Part shown: positions 39,601 to 47,700 of the stretch, piece after piece
How the letters are laid out: each line of letters opens with the position of its first letter
Numbering within the stretch: the stretch's first letter is position 1
Source: a virus
Lineage: Duplodnaviria > Caudoviricetes
IMG/VR virus record: IMGVR_UViG_3300034375_009028
Direction: 5' to 3' (one strand)
DNA length: 64,000 bases
Program-made: the position numbers and the translations under genes
Notes under the pieces: model-generated
What the model was told of the DNA's origin: nothing
The model's input: only the letters and a program-made list of their open reading frames with translations
Databases searched by the model: none

Positions 39601-41843
39601 CCTTGAAGTCCCTGGTTACCTTGATTGCCCTGATTGCCCTGATTACCTTGGTTGCCCTGGTTACCCTGATTACCTTGTAGACCTTGTAAACCTTGGTTGC
39701 CCTGATTTCCTTGGTTACCTTGGTTACCTTGGTTACCCTGGTTGCCCTGGTTACCTTGATTGCCCTGATTACCTTGACGACCTTGTGTTCCTTGGACACC
39801 TTGAATAGATACGTCAGTAATCGTTGCTTTCTTTAAGCTAGAATCACTAATATCATATAAAAGAAGTAGATCTGACTGTTGAATATCTCCAGTTAATTGT
39901 GGTTTTTGGAATATAAGATTTGGAGATACATTAGTAAGATAAGAATTTGTAACTCCTGTACCAAGAGTTGTTTCTTCTAATACAGTATTTCCATTAATTT
40001 TATAAACTTTTCCACTTGGAACGTTTACATTTTCTGTAATGTAAATAGATGCTGTTCCAGATTGCCAAACAATATCTTTTCTAATTGATGTTGAACCGAT
40101 ACCAATACCAGCACCATCTAGGAGAGCATTATCTCCTACCGATTTTGCAATTCCAATCTTGAAGTCTGGAATATCCAGAGTACCAGTACTAATTGTGATT
40201 GTTTCACCATCAACAACTAGGTTGCCTTTAATTCTAACAATACCTGTGTTATCACCAACACCTGCTGGGTCAAGGGTAATTGTTGATGGACCAGTGATAG
40301 AATCACTATTTACAATAATTGCTTGTCCAAGTGCTCCAGTCTTAAATGATGTACCAGTAACAATACCAGCAACATAAAGATTACTGTTGGCATCAAATCT
40401 TAGATCATCAGAACCTTGTGGGAGATTAGATGCATTTTTGAAGATTACCTGATATGGATCACCTTCTACTGGACCAGCAACACCCTGAAGACCTTGGTTG
40501 CCCTGAAGACCTTGCAGACCTTGATTGCCTTGAAGACCCTGAAGACCTTGTAAACCCTGTAAACCTTGTAGACCTTGGTTGCCTTGAAGACCTTGATTAC
40601 CCTGATTACCTTGGTTGCCCTGGTTACCTTGAAGACCCTGAAGACCTTGCAGACCTTGAGCACCTTGTAAAGCAGCACTCAAAATTGTATCTTTCTTTAA
40701 TAAACCATCAGTCTGATCATAGAAGAGAATAAAATCCTCTGGTTGTGCCTGAGTTTGTACCCTATCATTAATAAATCCAGGATTTGCAGATCTAAGATTT
40801 GAATTTGTAATTCCTAATCCAAGCGTAGTTGCATTTAATACTTCATTTTCAGCAACATAGTATGCTCCATCTGGTTCATGAACACCAAAGTTCACACTAG
40901 ATTGCCAAGCATCAATACTGAATTTGTATTTTATTGATTTTCTTACTGATGTAGAACCAATACCAATAACAGATCCGTCAAGATTAGATTCTAATGTCTC
41001 ATTAGCATTAAAGATAATAGAATCTGTTCCAAGAACAACATCATTATCGAAGAATGTAATTTGACTACTACTAAATCCAATCGGAGTTCCTTTGATTTGA
41101 AGGTCACCCTCAATGAATACAACACCATCTTGGAATGGTACAATACTAATTGATGCTGGACCTAAAATTTTATCACCAGTAAGTGCTAATGAACTATTTG
41201 TATCAAATCCAGTATAGAATGCATCTGCAGTTAGAATACCAGAAATAATATTATCAAAAGATGGAGATGATCCTTGGGTAACAACACCCTTTGGTCCCTT
41301 GTACCTATAAGCAACAAGGTAAACATTTCCAGAGTTTACTCCAGAAGGGACTACAGTTCCATTGAAGTTAAGTACACCTGCAGCATAATCAAAGAACCAA
41401 GTATCATTTGATCCAGCACCAGCTGCAGATAGCTGCACACCACCAGAAGCAGGATCACCTCTATAAACTTTAACAATGTAATCTGGACCAAAGCTAGGAT
41501 CAATCCAATCACCCAGAAGTGTTGAACTGTTATTATTATACGTTGCTCTACATAAAAATGCTCTATTACCACTAACAGTGGGGTCTGCCGTTAATCTTAA
41601 AGCACTTGCTGTTCCATATACCTGTACAATAGAACTAGTTGCTGAAGGTGGAGTTCCTGGAATATCTCCACTCTCTGACCAAATAAGATCAGAACGAATT
41701 ACCAGTGGCGAAGGAATAGCTTCCGCAAATGGTGCTTTTTTGGTGCCTGATAAAGTAGAGTCCTCAGCTATACCAGTTTTGGATGCGGTATAACCTATCT
41801 TCTTTAATAGAAAATCTAGCTTTTGTTCTTGAGATGCTGCCAC
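27606..41843 (-). CDS. giant collagen-like tail fibre (4745 aa)
   Basis: 20 Gly-X-Gln blocks separated mainly by 18 roughly 120-aa globular repeats; fibre-type C-terminus (RWANIYTNDINLSNE...EGENDLFLINRRNGKKFKF). Confidence 0.85.
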   Translation of the reverse strand: MAASQEQKLDFLLKKIGYTASKTGIAEDSTLSGTKKAPFAEAIPSPLVIRSDLIWSESGDIPGTPPSATSSIVQVYGTASALRLTADPTVSGNRAFLCRATYNNNSSTLLGDWIDPSFGPDYIVKVYRGDPASGGVQLSAAGAGSNDTWFFDYAAGVLNFNGTVVPSGVNSGNVYLVAYRYKGPKGVVTQGSSPSFDNIISGILTADAFYTGFDTNSSLALTGDKILGPASISIVPFQDGVVFIEGDLQIKGTPIGFSSSQITFFDNDVVLGTDSIIFNANETLESNLDGSVIGIGSTSVRKSIKYKFSIDAWQSSVNFGVHEPDGAYYVAENEVLNATTLGLGITNSNLRSANPGFINDRVQTQAQPEDFILFYDQTDGLLKKDTILSAALQGAQGLQGLQGLQGNQGNQGNQGNQGLQGNQGLQGLQGLQGLQGLQGNQGLQGLQGNQGLQGVAGPVEGDPYQVIFKNASNLPQGSDDLRFDANSNLYVAGIVTGTSFKTGALGQAIIVNSDSITGPSTITLDPAGVGDNTGIVRIKGNLVVDGETITISTGTLDIPDFKIGIAKSVGDNALLDGAGIGIGSTSIRKDIVWQSGTASIYITENVNVPSGKVYKINGNTVLEETTLGTGVTNSYLTNVSPNLIFQKPQLTGDIQQSDLLLLYDISDSSLKKATITDVSIQGVQGTQGRQGNQGNQGNQGNQGNQGNQGNQGNQGNQGLQGLQGNQGNQGNQGNQGNQGNQGNQGLQGVGSQGVQGLQGLQGLQGNQGLQGVGAQGLQGNQGRQGNQGNQGLQGNQGNQGLQGLQGGIGDRGGIRYEWVQSTTDQDPGNGNVAYNNSAINSVTQIYIDNLDDLGNNQTAWYDVWDDTENPDRGYLYFISADILSGTTVNIFRINGVNQVASGYYKISVEYVTGTLPSNGDILTLFHSRTGIQGLQGNQGNQGNQGNQGNQGNQGNQGLQGLQGLQGNQGNQGNQGNQGNQGNQGNQGNQGNQGMLGDRGGIRYDFDSTTTAGTGGQGSLRYNNATAANITELYFDDTDSFGSDQTGWYDTFDDTQLNAGLNRGYLYVTSADSGGNVTSIFYVDDAVIDNTTYWTVPVTYVSGDIPSNGQEVTVLFTKSGTQGVQGNQGNQGNQGNQGNQGNQGNQGLQGNQGNQGNQGNQGNQGNQGNQGNQGLQGLQGLQGLQGNQGNQGNQGNQGNQGNQGNQGNQGLQGNQGMLGDRGGIPYRFNTATGSGSSGDGDFRFNNSTIGSVTQIYVDDNDIFGVDHSAWVANWDDTQVIAGEGRGYIYITSADSATNVSAIFEVTGAITDQTDYQEIPVTYLSGNIPSNAQDITIFFTKTGIQGLQGNQGNQGNQGNQGNQGNQGNQGNQGLQGLQGLQGLQGNQGNQGNQGNQGLQGNQGNQGNQGNQGNQGNQGNQGLQGNQGLQGMLGDRGGIPYEFDTTTAAGSGGQGVLRFDSPAIANATTLYFDDTDLFGIDQTAWYDTWDDTQVNVGENRGYIYITTSDSSTNTSIIFEVDGSVSDNGSYYSIPVNYLTGSLPSNGQELTVFFTKTGTQGLQGNQGLSGRNAETTYVYTFSSSTGAANPGSGRLRFDNFSTQSSATELYIANTDSGGTDLSDFLADIENYGILERQALVKIVDPVDASQYHLFVVGNTQLQTGGATGWFSFDITQFYASSGNFSNNDTVFISFSFIGPQGVQGNQGLQGLQGNQGNQGNQGNQGLQGNQGNQGNQGNQGNQGNQGNQGLQGLQGLQGLQGNQGNQGNQGNQGLQGNQGNQGNQGNQGNQGNQGNQGLQGNQGNQGNQGNQGNQGNQGNQGLQGNYGNRGGVPYIFSTTTQNGDPGNGNFRYNNATIGSVTEIYIDNLDDLGNDQTAWYDVWDDTQLNAGLSRGNLVITSADSADTNVNIFNVVGAVTAETGYYRVPVAYVSGSLPTNSEKLVFNFTRSGVQGVQGLQGLQGPDGVSSGDTFEYFYSTSTTAADPGQGFIRFDNSTIENSTEIYLDHRDENGSDLSDFYSFVDQYGSPGNKGFVKIQSQTNANNFYIFRLGGVILESAGANGWSTLDLTSNVSAGTGFSNNEAIFLSFGLAGIQGTQGNQGNQGLQGNQGNQGNQGNQGNQGNQGNQGNQGNQGLQGNQGNQGNQGNQGNQGNQGLQGNQGNQGNQGNQGNQGNQGLQGNQGNQGNQGNQGNQGNQGMLGDRGGIPYLFDTTTTAGSGGQGRIRFNSGTIGSVTELYFDDTDSFAVDQTGWYDTWDDTQVNSGSNRGYVYITSADSSSNTTAIFYVDDVVTDNGTYYTIPVTFVSGNLPTNNQELTVFFTKTGIQGLQGNQGNQGNQGNQGNQGNQGLQGNQGNQGNQGNQGNQGLQGNQGNQGNQGLQGNQGNQGNQGNQGNQGNQGNQGLQGLQGLQGLQGLQGNQGNQGNQGLQGNQGNQGNQGNQGNQGLQGNQGNQGNQGNQGNQGNQGNQGLQGNQGNQGNQGNQGNQGNQGMLGDRGGVPYLFDTTITAGSGGQGRLRFNNGTIANVTNMYFDDTDEFGVDQTGWYDTWDDTVVNAGLNRGYIYITSADSATNVTAVFYVNNTVENNTSYYRVPVTYLSGNLPTNGQAVTVFFTKTGVQGVQGNQGNQGNQGNQGNQGNQGNQGNQGLQGNQGNQGNQGNQGNQGNQGNQGNQGNQGLQGLQGLQGLQGNQGNQGNQGNQGLQGNQGNQGNQGNQGNQGNQGNQGLQGNQGLQGNQGNQGNQGNQGNQGLQGNQGNQGNQGNQGNQGNQGNQGNQGNQGMLGDRGGVRYSFDTTTTAGTGGQGVIRFNDSNIANVSTLYFDDTDSFGVDQTGWYDTFDDTIVNNGLNRGYIYISSADSTSNVTAVFFVDGPVVNNGTYYSVPVNNLTGSLPSNGQDLSVVFTKSGQQGVQGNQGLQGNQGRQGNQGNQGNQGNQGLQGNTGSRGGNPYIFSTTTTNADPGNGVVRYNNSNIASVTEFYIDNLDDLGNNQTAWYNTWDDTVTNTGLVRGYLYITSSDSNQTTVNAFAVSGDVIAQTGYYRIPVTYISGTLPGNNEQLSINFTPAGAQGLQGNQGLQGNQGIKGRDSENSYNYFYNNSTTASDPGSGNLRFNNANIASATAVYIDNTNSDNVNLDTFLQTITEYGSVNKRGFIRIGLANDLTAYNVYEITGVTQNASGAGGWHTISITNVISTTTTISNNTELIVSISVAGPQGTQGNQGNQGNQGNQGLQGNQGRQGNQGNQGNQGNQGNQGNQGNQGLQGNQGNQGNQGNQGNQGNQGLQGNQGNQGNQGNQGNQGMLGDRGGIPYLFDTNTAAGSGGQGRLRFNSGTIGSVTNMYFDDTDEFGVNQTGWYNTWDDTVVNAGLNRGYIYITSADSSTNVTAVFYVNNTVENNTSYYRVPVTYLSGNLPSNGQEVTVFFTKTGVQGLQGNQGNQGNQGNQGLQGNQGNQGNQGNQGNQGNQGNQGNQGNQGLQGNQGNQGNQGNQGNQGNQGNQGLQGNQGNQGNQGNQGNQGNQGNQGNQGLQGLQGIAAARSLGSTFEYTTSTANSDPGTGHLGFNAAVTANFTTFRISETDINLSDVEGILASLDYSDNIPRSIVTVQREVNNLDYVIFSIESARTDNGGWRSYSCTKIAQTGTFSDGDKVFAVIQPVGNQGVQGLQGNIGNRGGVPYDFQGSGGGAPGSGTVTYNSGTFSSITELRINDIDALSNDQSNWIASWDDTALTGGLNRGYIYLISANSAQNTVNIFEVDGSATNNGSYYTIPVNPISGSVPSNGTELTIAFTRSGVQGVQGNQGNQGNQGLQGNQGNQGNQGNQGNQGNQGNQGNQGLQGNQGNQGNQGNQGNQGNQGLQGNQGNQGNQGNQGNQGNQGLQGNQGNYGNRGGVPYNFSTTTTNADPGNGNVRYNNATMSSVSFIYIDNLDVLGNNQTGWYNTWDDTTLNTGLTRGNLVITSADSADNNVNVFNVTGAVQVASGFYRIPVSYVSGSRPANTEKLVFNFNRAGTQGLQGNQGNQGNQGNQGNQGNQGNQGLQGNQGNQGNQGNQGNQGNQGNQGLQGNQGNQGNQGNQGLQGNQGNQGNQGNQGNQGNQGNIGNRGGVPYRWGGTGVPSSGQVRYNNGTFASITAIQVHDIDQLSNDQSNWIASWDDTTLTGGLNRGYIYIISALSSQTTVNIFEVDGNISNNGSYYTIPVNPLSGTNPSVNQEITLAFTRSGVQGLQGNQGNQGNQGNQGNQGNQGNQGNQGNQGLQGNQGRQGNQGNQGNQGNQGNQGNQGRQGNQGLQGNQGRQGNQGNQGNQGNQGNQGNIGNRGGVPYAYGGTGAPSSGQIRFNNATASSVTSITVNDIDALSNNQSGWIASWDDTTLTGGLNRGYIYIISALSSDNTVVIFEVDGNITDNGTYYTIPVNYLAGTSPSVSEEVTLAFTRSGVQGVQGRQGTQGNQGRQGNQGLQGNQGRQGRQGNQGNQGNQGRQGNQGLQGNQGRQGRQGNQGLQGNQGRQGTQGLSNQGTQGNQGRQGNQGNQGRQGTQGLSNQGTQGNQGRQGNQGRQGNQGLQGNQGRQGRQGTQGLQGRQGTQGRQGTQGLSNQGTQGNQGTQATQGTQGLQGNQGRQGRQGTQGLQGRQGTQGLQGNQGTQATQGTQGSANTTTISNNVDNRVITATGSAGTVNAEANLTFTGSVLTIAGNIVPNTNNTRDLGSTTLRWANIYTNDINLSNEGSTNDVDGTWGEYTIQEGENDLFLINRRNGKKFKFMLSEVD
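27955..40675 (-). repeat. 9-bp (Gly-Asn/Leu/Arg/Thr-Gln) coding repeats interleaved with bead-domain repeats
   Basis: Plus strand reads (ttaccttgg / ttaccctga)n; coordinates approximate. Confidence 0.9.
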
Positions 41844-41863
41844 AGATCTTACTTCCCCTTACC

Positions 41864-43975
41864 TTATGTAGACGTGAATGACATGGCAGTAATTGACTGC
41901 CCAGAGTTCAATCTCCAACGAATCAAAATGCGATTGTTTGAGTCATTAGATGAAGATTCTGTACCAAATACACATGTAAATGTTCCGCCAGAACCATTCA
42001 TTGCACCACCCGAAGAACATCCTGGTTCTGCTGATGTTGGTACACCAGCACCTCTATATGCTTGGAACATGTCTGCCCAACCATTAGTACCAGATAAAGA
42101 TGAAGTCCATGTAGAATTGTCGGGCATACATACCCAACATCCTGCATACGATCCACTAACTGCTATTCTAAATTCAGATACCTGAGATCTTATAAATTGC
42201 AATTGGAAATATTGTGCTCCAGTTCTACCAGAAGAATAATCTGGTCCTACTGGTAACCAAGATCCACTAGAATAATCTGTTTGATCATGCCTCAAAGCAC
42301 CTCCTCTAACAATAGATTCATATGCTGCTGCAGTAGTAGAAGCACTAAATGATGTGTAAACTGGTGTGGGATTATCTGCACTAGATCCAGCGTTCACTCT
42401 AACAGCATTTCCAGAACCAGTTCCTAAACTATTAACTGCAATGTTATCTTCATCAATAATATTAGTCCTTGCAGTTGTTCCCATCATATTGACTGCAGGA
42501 GTTATAGTTGCTCTTACTGTATCTGACCCATAAGGAGTTGTTGCAGTGTAGGTAGAGAATCTAGTAGCATCAGTATTAACTGTTTGATGAAGATCTCTAG
42601 GTGTTTGAGAAACTAAACATGTTACGCCAGTACCTACACCATAATTCTGAACTGGTGGATTAACACCTCCATCAAAATTAGTATAACTTTTACTTCCACC
42701 ATTTTGAAATCCAGTAGTTTGACCACTAGATGTCAGAAAGGTATTCTGAGTGTACATATCACCCGTAGCATTCTCACAAGTTATTACATAAGTAAATGCA
42801 TTGCTAGAATCTTGTGTGTAATGTGGTACACCAGAAGAATAATTCAAAGTTGGTGAAGGTGGTGTTACTGGAGTAGTAACACTTAAAACAGGTGCAGTGA
42901 CTGTACTTCCATCCTCATACCAATATGCCTGCTGGGTAGTATATGCAAACTGTTGAATGAATGCTTTATTAAATCCATCAGGACATGGAGCATTAATCAA
43001 TCTGGCATCATAAACTTCATAAAATTCAGAGTTAATCCCTGGATTTCTTGATGAGAAGAATGCATCTTTATTGTTTGCAATTTGCAAGGAACCATAGATG
43101 CCATCATTAGATCCAATGGATAAATCTGTAGTACCAACTCCAACAGCATTTACAAATCCAGTAACTGTTCCAGCATCTCCTGGACCATATTCTGTAATAT
43201 AATTTGAAGTAACGGTATTATCAGTATTTCTACTATATTGTGTACCTGCTGATGGCGTCAAATCACCATCAGTATTGTTAGTAGGATTAAATCCTGAACA
43301 CAATCTTCCAACACCAGTCAACCCAGTCAAAGAGAATGGTTCATTTAAAATAGTTGCTGGTGGTTTTGGAACCAATTTCCCTAGAATAAAATTAATTTCA
43401 TTCACAGAGTCTTTGGTATAATCTCCAGTCTCAATTCCAACTGCTCCAGGTAAGAAACCAGCAGATGGGGTTCCAATAACTTGATCACCAAAAAATTCCG
43501 ATGCAGTTACAAATCCAGTAACTCTAACATCACCATCTACGGTTAATTTCTTATCTGCATCTGGATTGGTTAAACCAATACCAACACTCTTTGTTTGAGG
43601 AACGAATACAAAATCTTCATTAGAAGCAAATGATGTAACAACGCCTGTTGTTGCAGTTACAAATCCAATAAATTGTGGTGCAGTTCCTTGAGGATCTGAT
43701 AATTTATCGGTAATTAGATTTTTTAATTTTGATCCATCACCATAATATTCGGTTGCAGTAACTACTCCAACTACTTCAAGATCATTAGATACAACAATAT
43801 CTGAGGCGGTTAGGACCCCAGATATTGTCGCATCTCCTTGTACAGATAACTCCGCTGATGCATAGGTTGTGCCAATTCCGACCCGTCCAGTTACTTCAAG
43901 TACTGTTGAGTCGTCGGTATAAGAAGCTATACCTATTCTAAGATTTTTCTTGCGTTCGCTTAAAAATTTTGACAT
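41864..43975 (-). CDS. virion structural protein A1 (paralog of 57010..59028)
   Basis: Shared INFILGKLVPKPPAT and WTSSLSGTNGWADMFQAYRG blocks; late promoter AATAAATA at 44047-44040. Confidence 0.75.
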   Translation of the reverse strand: MSKFLSERKKNLRIGIASYTDDSTVLEVTGRVGIGTTYASAELSVQGDATISGVLTASDIVVSNDLEVVGVVTATEYYGDGSKLKNLITDKLSDPQGTAPQFIGFVTATTGVVTSFASNEDFVFVPQTKSVGIGLTNPDADKKLTVDGDVRVTGFVTASEFFGDQVIGTPSAGFLPGAVGIETGDYTKDSVNEINFILGKLVPKPPATILNEPFSLTGLTGVGRLCSGFNPTNNTDGDLTPSAGTQYSRNTDNTVTSNYITEYGPGDAGTVTGFVNAVGVGTTDLSIGSNDGIYGSLQIANNKDAFFSSRNPGINSEFYEVYDARLINAPCPDGFNKAFIQQFAYTTQQAYWYEDGSTVTAPVLSVTTPVTPPSPTLNYSSGVPHYTQDSSNAFTYVITCENATGDMYTQNTFLTSSGQTTGFQNGGSKSYTNFDGGVNPPVQNYGVGTGVTCLVSQTPRDLHQTVNTDATRFSTYTATTPYGSDTVRATITPAVNMMGTTARTNIIDEDNIAVNSLGTGSGNAVRVNAGSSADNPTPVYTSFSASTTAAAYESIVRGGALRHDQTDYSSGSWLPVGPDYSSGRTGAQYFQLQFIRSQVSEFRIAVSGSYAGCWVCMPDNSTWTSSLSGTNGWADMFQAYRGAGVPTSAEPGCSSGGAMNGSGGTFTCVFGTESSSNDSNNRILIRWRLNSGQSITAMSFTST

Positions 43976-44046
43976 TTATCAACCTGATGCATGAGTGGTA
44001 TATACCGTAGATTCTGTTATATAACAGAACTTTATATAGTATTTAT

Positions 44047-44355
44047 TCAATTAAAAGTTTCTTCATCTCCATATTCTCCAGCATCTTCAATAATTTCTTC
44101 TTCTTGAACTTTTGCTTTTTTGCTGGATCTTCTAGAACTTCTTGCTGCCTTTTCTTGCTGCTGTTTTGATAATTCAGTTAAGTCTTGAACCGTATTTTTT
44201 AAAGATTCTACTAATGAATTTAAAGTTGCTACCTTAGCTTCAAGAGAGATATTCTCATTAAAAAGTTTAAATGTTTTTTGTTGATATACAGTTATCAACG
44301 TTTTATAGTCGTCTTCAGAGATATATGAAAATTCATCTCCCTTTTGCCTAGCCAT
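44047..44355 (-). CDS. coiled-coil hypothetical protein
   Basis: 102 aa with a heptad core; late promoter at 44389-44382. Confidence 0.7.
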   Translation of the reverse strand: MARQKGDEFSYISEDDYKTLITVYQQKTFKLFNENISLEAKVATLNSLVESLKNTVQDLTELSKQQQEKAARSSRRSSKKAKVQEEEIIEDAGEYGDEETFN

Positions 44356-44386
44356 AAAAAAATAGGTGTAGTATATACACCTATTT
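44356..44386 (-). terminator. terminator of the giant-protein operon, overlapping a late promoter
   Basis: AAATAGGTGTA/TACACCTATTT stem, 5-nt loop, T run. Confidence 0.7.
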
Positions 44387-44415
44387 ATTATTGATTTAAT
44401 TGTATTATTTTTAAA

Positions 44416-44757
44416 TCAGTTGAGTGTTTCTAGAACAGATACAATCAATTTTAGATCTGTATTTGTACTTCCTTTTACCATAAGTGTATCGCCTTGTTCC
44501 ATAACCAACTTACCTGCAAGCAGGTTAGCGGAATCATTACCAGGAATTGGGAACTGATTAAACAGTTCTGTTGTCACTGCAATACCTGCTTTTGTTCTTC
44601 TGTGGGATACGCTAATGTCTTGACTAGACGCTCCGATATTTGATGCTTGTGCCAGGAGGAGAACCCCCGTGTATCCCACGGGAGCTGTATAGATTCCTAC
44701 TGGAGACTGAGATACAACGTTCGTAATCGTTTTGAATACGTTAAGGGCTAGTGCCAT
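44416..44757 (-). CDS. small beta-rich virion-associated protein
   Basis: 113 aa, 3 nt after the giant gene; GKLVMEQGDTL..SVLE pattern common in cyanophage structural clusters. Confidence 0.7.
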   Translation of the reverse strand: MALALNVFKTITNVVSQSPVGIYTAPVGYTGVLLLAQASNIGASSQDISVSHRRTKAGIAVTTELFNQFPIPGNDSANLLAGKLVMEQGDTLMVKGSTNTDLKLIVSVLETLN

Positions 44758-44760
44758 GGA

Positions 44761-47700
44761 TTACTCTCCTCCGAGTGCGAGAATGAATGGGGTTAGGGTG
44801 GAGAACAACGACTTAGAATATGACGTTCCAGAGATTGTTCCTGTGTTTTGGTTAATAATCAGTCCATCACCGATCTTGAAGTTACCTGACTGGTCAGTAC
44901 TGGTGAAGACCACCAGACCACCATTCAGATTCACGGTTTCATTTTCTGGGATTGTAACTCCTCCATTTTGTGGTAATGCTGTCTTGACATTGATTCCAGA
45001 ACCAATGTATTCAAATGCGTGTGATGAAGCAAGAACTCTGGACTGCTTATAGAAGTAAACATCCATTCCAACTCCAACATCATATGGAACCTGGGTGTCA
45101 AATGTGACGGTAGAGATTCCAGTTACCTTATCGGGTAATGTTGCCTTCGATACTGTGAAGTATGAAGGATAGATAGAAGGAACAATTCTTGCCTGGACAC
45201 CACCAGCTCCTTGTGGAGCAGCGATGCTTACTGCAGGAGGAACAACGAATCCTCTACCACTGGATACAACCTCAACAGAGATGACTGAACCGTTTTCAAC
45301 GGTTGCAATCGCCTGCGCGGGAACACCCCACTCAGTTGTTGGATCCGCAATTGTTACCTCAGGAGTCTCGGTATAACCGCTACCACCGTTGGTAACTTGG
45401 ATCTTATCAAGTTGATAATATAACTTATCAAAGACTGCTACCTGACCGTCAAATGGTCTCTGGGCATTGATTTGAACAGTACCACCAGAACCTGGAGTAT
45501 AGTAGTGAGCGAATGGTCCCTTACCAACGTTAGCGGTAAAGAATGTAGACGCTGCAGAGATTCTAACTGGTGATGGTTCACCCTTCAGGATCGCGTCAGT
45601 AGCAATTCCGATCAGGTTATCAATTGTATCCTGAACATTCTGACATGCCTCAGGAGTATTGTTTGAACCGTATGCTGCGTCATCAAGGAGATCGAAGTTC
45701 TTATTGTTGAGTTGGTTATTGATTGCCAACTGCATGTAGTCTGCAGATGCGCGGAACGCAGTTACAGTTTCAACTTCTTCACCAAGTAGACCCTTAGCAA
45801 GTGGTTCACCTTCTTCATCGAAGTAGTAATTAACCGCAGCGATTGTATTCGCGTTAGTTGAATTTTCTAGGTCATCGCGAACAGATGTTACAAAGTATCC
45901 GATATCTCTTCTGCACTTATTCTCTTGATCAAGGAACGATCCTGGATTATCTACGTAGTTGTCTAGAGTTGTAAGAGTACCAATTCCAATAGACTCGGTA
46001 ATGATTCCGATTCTGTTAGAGATGAAGTCTTGTACATCTTGACATGCATCAGGATTACCCGATCTTGTATAAACAACTGTGTAACCACCAGATCCGTAAA
46101 CTTCAGGTCCGAATGTTAGTGTTAGATCCTTCGCGTAGAGTTGGTTAGATACTGCCTTCGCCATTAGATCGCCAGCAGCGATAAATGCCGTTACAGATTC
46201 TGTCTTCTCTGCGTTTAGACCAGGAGTAATTGGTCTTCCGTTTCCATCGAAGTATTGTCTTGCGAAGTCCTTGGAGTAAGTGTTACCACCAACGAATACG
46301 TCAGTTGCAACAGCATCAACAAGGTATCCAATATCTCTTGCACACTTGTAACCACCTGGGGAAGAAGTAGTTCCGAGTCCGACCAGATCACCTGCGGTTG
46401 TTCCGAATCCAACAGTTTGTCCAAACTCACCGAGGTTGAGTGTGAAGTAACCTTCAGTAACTCCGATTGTTCCATCGTACAGGTCAGAGGTGTTACCAGC
46501 TCCGATGACTGTTGTGATGATTCCAACCAAGTTATCAATGTTACCTTGGACATCCTGACAGGTATTTTCGTTACCAGAAGCAGTGTAGGTAACGATTCCA
46601 ACGCCACCATAGTTTGCAGGACCAGTTGATAATGTCAGATCCTTACGATAGAGTTGGTTAGTGATAGCATCCTTCATGAACTCACCAGAGTATCTGAATG
46701 CTGTCAGTGAAGGTACTTCTTCACCTTCTAGACCACCTCTGATCTTGGTTCCGTCTGCGTAGTAATACTGCTCAGAGAATCCTCTGGAGTAGATATTACC
46801 GCCACTGAATACGTCAGTTGCAACTGCGTCGATGAGGAATCCAAGGTCTCTTGCACACTTGTAACCACCTGGGTTCTCAGTGCTTCCGATTCCACTTGCT
46901 CTATCAAAGATACCAGTGTTGTATGTGAGACCCGAGAGCGAAGCAGTTGTTCCAGCGCCAAGTGCGACTGTTACAATGCCAACCAGAGTATCAACGTTAT
47001 CCTGAACATCCTGACATGCGAGAGCGTTACCAGAGATGAATACGGTATGTGCAACTCCAGGTCCACCATAAGTAGCAGGACCAGAAGAGATTCCAACATC
47101 CTTTCTATAGAGTTGGTTAGTGAGAGCATCCTTCATGAACTCACCAGCACCGCCAAGACCAACAACAGTTGGAGCAACTTCTCCACCGTCGATGTAAACT
47201 GCTCCAGACTCATTGAAGTATTGGAGAGTAAACTCTTGAGAGTACTTGTTACCAGCGATGAATACGTCAGTTGAGACCGCATCAACGAAGAATCCAATGT
47301 CTCTTGCACACTTATAACCACCTGGGGTTGTAGCGCCAGCAGAGACGCTCTGATCAAAGATACCGCCAGTGATAGTTGGAAGACCAGTGGTATTTCCTGC
47401 AGCAACAGTTGCTGTAACAATGCCAGTCAATGTATCAACTTGGTCTTGAATGTCAAGACATGCGGTAGGATCAGTGTTAGTTACATCAGATCCAACTCCG
47501 AAGTATGTTCCACCTGCGGAGACGGTAAGATCAGAGTATGCTGCACCAACCAAGTTGTTGGTAAGTGCGTTCTTCATGTACTTAGCTGCTGCTTGGAAGA
47601 CGAAGATTGACTCATCTTCTTCACCAACTAATCCACCAGTGATTGGGTTACCAGCACCATCAAAGTATTGGAGAGTAAACTCTGTAGCATACTTGTTAGC

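Noticed and set aside
27763-41793. Many Val/Thr/Leu-rich or Tyr/Leu/Gly-rich ORFs in other frames of the collagen gene
   Set aside because: Automatic by-products of 9-bp repeats that lack stops in alternative frames.
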